Shown piece after piece: positions 1 to 6,949 of a stretch of DNA of 13,218 nucleotides. The stretch is from Azolla caroliniana (lineage: Eukaryota > Plantae > Polypodiophyta). Location: NCBI GenBank assembly GCA_043228905.1, contig JBHGNT010000981.1, forward strand, positions 1 through 13,218, given 5' to 3'. The notes under the pieces are model-generated. The model was not told where the DNA came from and did no database searches. It worked only from the letters and a program-made list of their open reading frames with translations. Both the position numbers and the translations under genes were made by a program. Within the stretch, counting starts at the first letter, position 1. Each line of letters starts with the position of its first letter.

Positions 1-1674
1 ATGAGGGGGTCGGATCTTGCAGAGGCCATGGCTTCGGCCGTGGATCGGATTGTAAACGCGCGCGAGGGCACCGGTGCCCTCGACAGAGCTATTGAGGCGG
101 TCGTCGGCACGATCGGCCGGTTCGATGGGAAGGATACCACAAAGTATTTGGCGTCCTACGGTGCAGAGATGCTGATGCGGGACATTCCGGAAGAAAGGCG
201 TCTTGCCGGATTTCCCCGAGTGGCGATGCCGAGCATCCATGCGGAGGTGCTCGAGGTGCGGGCGGAGAGCCGTACCTGGGAGGAGTTCGAAGGTCGGCTC
301 CTAGAGAAATACGGGCTGGACGAAGCGCTCCGGCTTTCGAAGCGAAGGTTCATGGAATGGGTGGAGTCCCCGGGGAAGGGAAGAAACGCGTCGGCACTCC
401 TCCGGGAGTTCGAGGAAAACTTTGCGCGCCTTTCGGCGCTCGACCGAACCATCCTGGACACGAGCCGGGTCTTGCTGTTTGTCAAGTCAGTCGACGAGCG
501 GGATCGGGAGCAAGTGGGCCTCTTGCTGGAAACCGAAGACGGGCTCACTACCGACTGGGCGGCTGTCAAGAAAGTCTGTGGCCGTTTCGACAAACGGCGA
601 GAATGGGCGGATAACGGGGCAATCGGGTCGGGCTCGGTCGCAGCAAGGAAGCTCGAACCAGCGCCACAGGTGCGAAAGGAAGAGGCCCGAGAGTGGTTGG
701 AAACCGGTTCGGCTTCGACCGGCGTAGTCAGAGGCTCAACCGGAGGAGCGGCGCTGGAGGAATTAACGAGGGCGATAAAGGACCTCCAAATCGCGCAAGC
801 CCGAAGGGAAGGTGGCGAACCGGCTCGTGACCGACGGCCGGCGGCAGGAAACAGGTGCATGTGGTGCGATGAAGTCGGCCACCTTCGGAAGGACTGCGGC
901 GACTTCGCGGAGGCGCTGAGGAACGGGGTGGTGTACCTGTGGGAAGGACGGGTGCATGCCAGCGACACCCGAAGGGCCCTGAGCCGAAACGACGGGCGAG
1001 GTGGTATGAAAAGGGTGATGGAAGAGGCGGCGGCCCGACACGCGGAAACCGTCCACTACTCGGCGTCGGCCGGCATTCGAGTCGGGGGCGGCGAGGCCCG
1101 AAGGGAAAGCAAAGCCGGATTCTGGCCGACGATGCTGGAAGGCCTTGCCGGTGCAAGGCTTAAAAGGGAGGAATCGGACCGTGCGGAGAAGCGGGTACGG
1201 GAGATGACCGGGTGGAGCGACCCGGTCGAGGAAAAGACGGGCTTCGTGGAAGCTGCTTGCCAGAACTACGAGGCTCTGGTAGAAGAGAAGCGGGTGGGGA
1301 AACCCGGGACGACCGGGCCCTCACAACGATACGAGACCCGGTCCGGGCCACGACGGGACGAAGCCGGCGGGGCCGGTACGCAAGATAAACCCCAGAAGGG
1401 CGGGTACCGTCTGGGGACGGAGATAGAAAGGACCACGGACTTACGAAAGGTCCTGGAGGAACGGATCCTCGACAGCAAGGTGGAGCTGTCGTTACGAGAG
1501 GTGCTGGGAATCGCCAAGAAGGAGTTCCACGACTCCATCGTGGACTTGGTGAAACGGAAGAGGCTGTCAACGGAGACAGAACCGGAAAGACCGGTGGAAG
1601 TGCGGACGACGCACCTAGACGACATGGCGCTGGGAGACGAGTGGGCGGAAAGCCACTATTCGAGACCACACTAG
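1..1674 (+). CDS. gag: Gag of gypsy element A
   Basis: 557-aa ORF with a capsid-like N-terminal region (RFDGKDTTKYL...TWEEFEGRLLEKY) and zinc knuckle CMWCDEVGHLRKDC (CX2CX4HX4C) at 856-897. Ends at a single TAG (1672-1674) in frame with the protease. Confidence 0.88.
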   Translation: MRGSDLAEAMASAVDRIVNAREGTGALDRAIEAVVGTIGRFDGKDTTKYLASYGAEMLMRDIPEERRLAGFPRVAMPSIHAEVLEVRAESRTWEEFEGRLLEKYGLDEALRLSKRRFMEWVESPGKGRNASALLREFEENFARLSALDRTILDTSRVLLFVKSVDERDREQVGLLLETEDGLTTDWAAVKKVCGRFDKRREWADNGAIGSGSVAARKLEPAPQVRKEEAREWLETGSASTGVVRGSTGGAALEELTRAIKDLQIAQARREGGEPARDRRPAAGNRCMWCDEVGHLRKDCGDFAEALRNGVVYLWEGRVHASDTRRALSRNDGRGGMKRVMEEAAARHAETVHYSASAGIRVGGGEARRESKAGFWPTMLEGLAGARLKREESDRAEKRVREMTGWSDPVEEKTGFVEAACQNYEALVEEKRVGKPGTTGPSQRYETRSGPRRDEAGGAGTQDKPQKGGYRLGTEIERTTDLRKVLEERILDSKVELSLREVLGIAKKEFHDSIVDLVKRKRLSTETEPERPVEVRTTHLDDMALGDEWAESHYSRPH

Positions 1675-2127
1675 GCCCGAGCGACCACGGAAACCCCGGT
1701 GAAGATCGGCGATGTCCAGGAACCGGTGATAGCTTTGGTGGACCACGGATCGAAGATCAATTTGATGTCCATGGACTTCTATAAGAAGGGCAAATGGCCG
1801 ATCAACACCAAGCACGGGTGGAAAATAAGGGCAGCAACGCGCGCCACCGAGGAACTGCACGGGGCCTGTCCGAATGTGCGAGTCAAGATCGGCGACGTCG
1901 AGATTGACCAACACTTCTTCGTGCAGGAGACGTCTTCGCATCCGGTCATACTGGGAGAGCCGTACATCACGGCGGCGCGAATGGAGACCAAGGTGCTGGA
2001 CAATGGTTCGGCCTACGCGAGGGTCAAAAGCCAAGACGGGCGCCATTCGGTCCAGTTTCTGACGGTACGGCCGAACCACGAACGTAACCGCGACTCCCTC
2101 GGTTCCGAAAACCGAGAGGATTTTTAG
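1675..2127 (+). CDS. Retropepsin-type aspartic protease of element A, in the gag frame
   Basis: ALVDHGSKINLM active-site motif (Asp codon 1741-1743) and downstream VILGEPY motif. The frame is continuous with gag apart from the TAG at 1672-1674. Confidence 0.88.
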   Translation, partial: ARATTETPVKIGDVQEPVIALVDHGSKINLMSMDFYKKGKWPINTKHGWKIRAATRATEELHGACPNVRVKIGDVEIDQHFFVQETSSHPVILGEPYITAARMETKVLDNGSAYARVKSQDGRHSVQFLTVRPNHERNRDSLGSENREDF

Positions 2128-2183
2128 AGAGGACTGCCAAGGCGTGGGGCCGCGACAGTCCGGGTGCTCCGAGAAAACCCCAC
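2118..2183 (+). promoter_or_regulatory. Putative programmed -1 ribosomal frameshift signal (slippery heptamer plus pseudoknot)
   Basis: G_GAT_TTT at 2118-2124 in the correct phase, immediately before the protease stop. A 6-nt spacer precedes stem GGACTG 2131-2136 / CAGTCC 2156-2161. Loop GTGGGG 2144-2149 is complementary to CCCCAC 2178-2183. The -1 frame is open from 2088 into pol. Confidence 0.8.
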
Positions 2184-2249
2184 ATCTGTACGATAAAACC
2201 GTGTACAATAGGTAGGAAATTTTGCTTCTCCGACAGCGGAGCATGTACG

Positions 2250-5200
2250 ATGGTCGGCATCGCCGGCCGAGAGAAAACAAAGACGGAGGGGAGACTTCGA
2301 GCGTGCGGAGTTCTCGGCCCTGACGAAGAAATCAACGGAGCCGTGGAGGCAGTCTCCTTCGACGACACCTTGGGAATGCTGGGGAAGGTAGTCGAAGAAG
2401 ACCTTAACGAAGACCGGACGATACCGGTATGTTCCGAAGAAATGTACGAAGTCATCGCGGACTTCGGTCAAGGGCTCGAGTCGGAACGGACGGCCCGAGT
2501 TAGCACCAAGTACAAGACTGTGGACCGGAAGGTGAGGCCAGTTGCGGCGCCCTTACCGGAGGGCAGCGAGTCGCGAATCAAAGGGGTTGCATCGGACCCC
2601 AGCTTACGAGATCCGGCCTGCATAGGACACACCTTCACCAACGAGACGCTCCGGGAGCTCAAAATCGGTGGGGGCGGATTCCTACTACCGGCGGAGGAAG
2701 ACCGGTTTCGGAGAATGCTCGGAAGGCACGGGAAAGCCTTCGCATTCTCACCGGAGGAAATTGGGTGCGTAGACTCGACGATCGTAGAGCCGATGGTGAT
2801 ATTCACGGTACCGCATGTACCGTGGAATCTCAAGCCAATTCCGGTTCCGAGAGCTCACATCCCGAAGTTGATGGAGCTGTTGAAGCAGAAAGTTGATATG
2901 GGCATCCTCGAGCCGTCGAGCGCCCCGTATTCAAACCGATGGTTTACCGTACCAAAGAAAAACGGATCATTGCGCTTCATTCAGGACCTGCAACCGGTCA
3001 ATAGGGTGACCATTCGGAACGCAGGGATCGGACCGACCATAGACGAGTTCGCGGAGGCCTTCGCCGGAAGGTCGATTTACTCGGTCGGTGATCTATACTC
3101 AGGGTACGACCAGTTCCAGCTAGCCGTGGAGAGCAGAGACATTACGACGATGCGAACTCCCCTCGGCCTAGTGCGGATGTGTACGCTGCCGCAAGGAGGG
3201 ACCAACTCGGTGGCCCACATGGTGAATGCAATGAACAAGGTGCTGAGGGATTGCATCCCGGACATCACCATGCCGTTTCTAGACGACATCCCGATCAAGG
3301 GATGCCCGGTAGAAGAGAAGGACGAGACGATCGGGCCGGACGGATGCCGGCGATTCGTGACGACGCACATCGACGACTGCGAGAAGGTGCTGCAAAGGTT
3401 AGAGGATGCGAGGCTCACCTTCTCGGGGGAGAAGTCAGCCTTCGGGCAGTCGGAAATCATGGTGGTCGGACATTTATGTGGACCATATGGCCGGAAACCG
3501 TCTCCGGCAAAGGTAGAAGCCATCTCCGCGATGAAGCCTGATTGCAGCTCGGTCACGGAAGTACGAAGATTCTTGGGAGCATGCGCCTTCTACCACATAT
3601 GGATCCCGCATTACGCGCACGTCGCGGAGCCGCTGTACGGATTATTGAAGAAAGGGCGAAGATTCGAATGGCTAGACAAGCACACGGAGTCGGTCCGGAA
3701 GCTGAAGGAGGCTCTTTCGGCAGCACCGGCGCTCCGAAAGGCCGTCTACAGGAAGGGCACCCCAGTGTACATAACAGTTGACACGAGTCCGACCAGAATC
3801 GGGTGGGTCGTCAACCAAGAAGACGAGGACGGCAATCGGTTTCCGATCCGATTCGGCGCGAAGGTCCTCAGTGAGCGGCAGCGAGGATACGCCCAGGTTA
3901 AACGCGAACTCTGGGGTATCGTTTCGGCGGTGAAGGCCGACAAGGACTATCTGATCGGGACAGAGGTAATCATAGAGACGGATTGCATGCCGATTCTCGG
4001 CATGGTTTCCGGATGCGCGACGCCGGACCTGGCAATGCTCAGGTGGATAGCGTACATCAAGTCCCTGGACCCGGAAATACGACACATTTCCGGGAAAGAC
4101 AACGCCATGGCCGACATGCTTTCAAGGGCGAGATTCAATGACGAAGGCGGCATGGTTTCGGAGGACGAAGAGGTCGGCGTGGACTTCTTCGAGACTGCGT
4201 ATGTGACAACCGACGGAACAAGCACTCCGGCGCTTAACGACTTCGACGCGAGCAAGTACGACGGGGAGTGGCTGCAGATCGGTGGGTTTTTGAAGACAAT
4301 GACGCCCGATGCATCATGGACGAAGGACGAGGCCAACCGGATCCGGAAGAAAGCGTACCGGTTCTTTCTCCGGGATGGATACTTGTGGAAGCACCCGAAG
4401 AAGAGGAACGGCGTCCCGCTCCGGGTGGTGGCAATGAAGGAAGATCAGGAGGAGCTGCTAGCGGCCTACCACGACAGCCCTTGGGCTGGACACCGTGGAA
4501 CATGGGCTACGTTTGAGAAACTGAAGGGGAAGTATTGGTGGCTGGGGCAGTACCAGGACGTGCATCGGTTCGTGACAACTTGCGAGAGCTGTCAGATGCA
4601 CTCCATAGTCCGACATCGAGACGAGCTTCACCCTACGTACCCTCCGGCCATCCATTTCAAATGGATGGTAGATCTGGTAACGATGCCGATGGGAGTAGGA
4701 CAGATGCGGTATCTGGTCCTAGCGCGGGAGGATCTGACGAACCAGGTAGAAGGCCGGGCCCTTCCGAACAAAACGACCGCGGCCGTATGTCGGTTCCTAA
4801 TCGAGGACGTGATATGCCGGTACGGGTGCGTCGGGAAGATCGTGGCTGACCGAGGGGAGTTGGACGCCGAAGAAGCCGCGGAGCTGTTCGACCGGCTGGG
4901 AGTCAAGCTCTCGCTCACCACTGCGTACAATCCGGAGGCGAATGGAAAGGTGGAGCGCGGACACGGACCGATCGTCAAGGCGTTGGTTCGGGCATGTGGA
5001 GGCCGAGTCGGTAACTGGCCGCGGCTGCTACCTTATGCTTTGTGGGCAGACTGGACCACGCATAGTTCGGTAACCGGGTACATGCCGACGGAGCTTATGT
5101 TCGGCCAGAAGCCGATCATTCTGATGGAACGGACGATCTCCTCATGGGCAACGGTCGATTGGAGGGACGAGATGAGCCGGGAGGAGTTGTTGGCCGCGCG

Positions 5201-5606
5201 TATACAACAGCTCGAGCGGAGACCGGAGGACGTGGAACTGGCTGCGGAGAAGCTCCGAGTGGCGAGGACGAAGAACAAAGCCAGGTTCGACCGAACGCAC
5301 CGGCTCCGACCGAAGAAAATCGAAGAAGGTGACTGGGTGCTTGTCTACGACAGCAGCCTCGACAACCAGCACCGAGCTACACGGAAGTTCGCACGAAGGT
5401 GGTTCGGGCCTTACGTGGTACGGAGCGCCAATGACAACGGGACATATCACCTGGTGGAACTCGACGGCACGAGAATGGCGATACCGGTTGCAGGGAAGCG
5501 GATCAAAGCGTTCAAGAAGCGACACGACGACGAGCCAGACCCGGCTCTCCTAGTCAGCAGTGACGAACGATCCGAAAACGAGGAAGAACCGACGGGCGAG
5601 GAATGA
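2250..5606 (+). CDS. pol: Pol polyprotein (RT, RNase H, integrase) of element A; translation probably enters at about 2118 by frameshift
   Basis: RT motifs RFIQDLQPVN, DLYSGYDQ, LPQGGTNS and PFLDD (3276-3287). RNase H motifs VDTS, KRELWG, ETDC and ADMLSR. Integrase HHCC (HDSPWAGH...CESC), D-D-E (WMVD, VADRG, KVER) and GPY motif. No internal stops. Confidence 0.97.
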   Translation: MVGIAGREKTKTEGRLRACGVLGPDEEINGAVEAVSFDDTLGMLGKVVEEDLNEDRTIPVCSEEMYEVIADFGQGLESERTARVSTKYKTVDRKVRPVAAPLPEGSESRIKGVASDPSLRDPACIGHTFTNETLRELKIGGGGFLLPAEEDRFRRMLGRHGKAFAFSPEEIGCVDSTIVEPMVIFTVPHVPWNLKPIPVPRAHIPKLMELLKQKVDMGILEPSSAPYSNRWFTVPKKNGSLRFIQDLQPVNRVTIRNAGIGPTIDEFAEAFAGRSIYSVGDLYSGYDQFQLAVESRDITTMRTPLGLVRMCTLPQGGTNSVAHMVNAMNKVLRDCIPDITMPFLDDIPIKGCPVEEKDETIGPDGCRRFVTTHIDDCEKVLQRLEDARLTFSGEKSAFGQSEIMVVGHLCGPYGRKPSPAKVEAISAMKPDCSSVTEVRRFLGACAFYHIWIPHYAHVAEPLYGLLKKGRRFEWLDKHTESVRKLKEALSAAPALRKAVYRKGTPVYITVDTSPTRIGWVVNQEDEDGNRFPIRFGAKVLSERQRGYAQVKRELWGIVSAVKADKDYLIGTEVIIETDCMPILGMVSGCATPDLAMLRWIAYIKSLDPEIRHISGKDNAMADMLSRARFNDEGGMVSEDEEVGVDFFETAYVTTDGTSTPALNDFDASKYDGEWLQIGGFLKTMTPDASWTKDEANRIRKKAYRFFLRDGYLWKHPKKRNGVPLRVVAMKEDQEELLAAYHDSPWAGHRGTWATFEKLKGKYWWLGQYQDVHRFVTTCESCQMHSIVRHRDELHPTYPPAIHFKWMVDLVTMPMGVGQMRYLVLAREDLTNQVEGRALPNKTTAAVCRFLIEDVICRYGCVGKIVADRGELDAEEAAELFDRLGVKLSLTTAYNPEANGKVERGHGPIVKALVRACGGRVGNWPRLLPYALWADWTTHSSVTGYMPTELMFGQKPIILMERTISSWATVDWRDEMSREELLAARIQQLERRPEDVELAAEKLRVARTKNKARFDRTHRLRPKKIEEGDWVLVYDSSLDNQHRATRKFARRWFGPYVVRSANDNGTYHLVELDGTRMAIPVAGKRIKAFKKRHDDEPDPALLVSSDERSENEEEPTGEE

Positions 5607-5664
5607 AGACGGGCCGGTTTTCTCCGTCCCAACTCTCTTGGCGCATACCGGAGGATGCGCGGTT

Positions 5665-5677
5665 AGGTGGGGGCGGA
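5665..5677 (+). other. Polypurine-tract-like plus-strand primer site of element A
   Basis: AGGTGGGGGCGGA directly abuts the TG of the LTR. The same motif recurs before the LTR starts at 6950 and 10777. Confidence 0.75.
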
Positions 5678-6468
5678 TGTCGTGAAGAAAACCGTCCATA
5701 AGCGGAATTGGCGCACCGAGGCGTGGGAACCGGTTCTTCACGCGCGCACGCTCCAAGTTGTACATAGAAGCGAATTAGGAGGATAATCGGCAGGAACGGG
5801 CCCTAACACAAGTGGAGACAAGACCGCGCGAACAGTCTTTTCGATCGCGCGCGCGAGCTAAGGAACTGTACGAGGCGGCGGCGTAACTACGCGGATGCGT
5901 GAAGAACGGAGCGGATCCCTGTTCAAAAGGGACAGGGAATAAAGCTGACATGACGGCCTGCTCGTCGGGCTATATAAGGAGCAGGAAAGAGCTGTTGCAG
6001 GCATCTCGCGCAGAGAGGACGAAGTGCTGTCAGACCGTTTCTGGACGCTTCTCTCTCTGTTTCCTTCCTTCTTGAGCTCCATAGCTTTCTGTGCAGGGTT
6101 CTGAGGAGGCTCGCGCTGTTTCGAGGAACGCCCGAGTGCTTCCGGCAGCACCTCCGACCTGCTACCCCTTTGTGCGTCGAAGCGAACAAGCATCGGCATC
6201 TGTTCGCCGGCCTGTTCGGCTGTAACCAACCTGTGCCCCATCGAGGGTTGTAGTCGTGTTAGCCATTTTTGTTAATATACATATTTAGTCATTCGCATCT
6301 GTCTGTGTCGGTGTCTGTTCGCGTTCTCCGTGCTGAAGGGTCGTGTACCTGTGTATCCCCGGTCCTGCGTAGCCGGTTCTCTCTCTTTCTCCTCCCTCGC
6401 TTGCTCTTTGGTTCGAGACCCCCGCGGTCCCGCCTCGTTTCCACACGCACTTGCGTAATATCTCGACA
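5678..6468 (+). repeat. 3' LTR of element A (791 bp)
   Basis: Starts TGTCGTGA after the PPT and ends TCTCGACA (7/8 inverted match). TATA box at 5971-5978. Sequence switches abruptly to integrase-coding DNA after 6468. Confidence 0.85.
5971..5978 (+). promoter_or_regulatory. TATA box of LTR A
   Basis: GGCTATATAAG; the same 11-mer occurs in LTR B at 7151-7161. Confidence 0.6.
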
Positions 6469-6469
6469 A

Positions 6470-6868
6470 CGGATAAGGCAACTTGAAAGGAGACCTGAAG
6501 ATCTAGAACATGCGCGAAAGATGATGGAGGCAACCCGAGTGAAGAACAAAATTCGGTTCGACAAGACGTATCGACTACGTCCCAAGAAGATCGAAGAAGG
6601 AGATTGGGTATTGGTCTACGACTGTAGCCTTGACAATCAACATAGTACAACAAGAAAGTTCGCAAGAAGATGGTTTGGCCCATATTTGGTGATAGGTGCC
6701 AACGACAATGCCACATACCACCTTGCGGAGCTAGATAGATCAAGGTTGGCCATACCCATTGCAGGAAAAAGAGTAAAGGTTTTCAAGAAAAGAAGGGACG
6801 AGGATCTTAATCTCGATCACCTCGATGATGAAGATAGTACGACGGATGTGAATGAAGATGTGGAGTAA
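6470..6868 (+). pseudogene. C-terminal integrase fragment (GPY/F region) of element B
   Basis: RIRQLERRPED...WFGPY...FKKR aligns without gaps to A pol from 5199 (80/108 aa identical by hand count). It begins right after the CA end of LTR A. Confidence 0.9.
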
Positions 6869-6940
6869 TCTGATTGATCACCGTAGCCGAAATCTCACAC
6901 TCTCTTTTGTTGGCTCGTACCAAAGGACGTGCGGTTTGTT

Positions 6941-6949
6941 GGGGGTGGA
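6941..6949 (+). other. PPT-like site of element B
   Basis: GGGGGTGGA immediately before TGTCGTGAAG. Confidence 0.7.

Larger units (their letters stand above)
1..6468 (+). mobile_element. Ty3/gypsy LTR retrotransposon A (young, GC-rich, no chromodomain); 5' LTR lies outside the window
   Basis: Domain order Gag(CCHC)-PR-RT-RNaseH-IN is diagnostic of Ty3/gypsy. It is followed by a G-rich PPT and a TG...CA LTR (5678-6468). Confidence 0.96.

Noticed and set aside
156-968. 270-aa antisense ORF and the many other short ORFs overlapping gag/pol
   Set aside because: Shadow ORFs expected opposite a GC-rich coding strand; Ser/Arg-rich with no motifs.
6269-6868. 199-aa ORF as a real gene
   Set aside because: Chance in-frame fusion of LTR A sequence (to 6468) with the integrase tail of element B.
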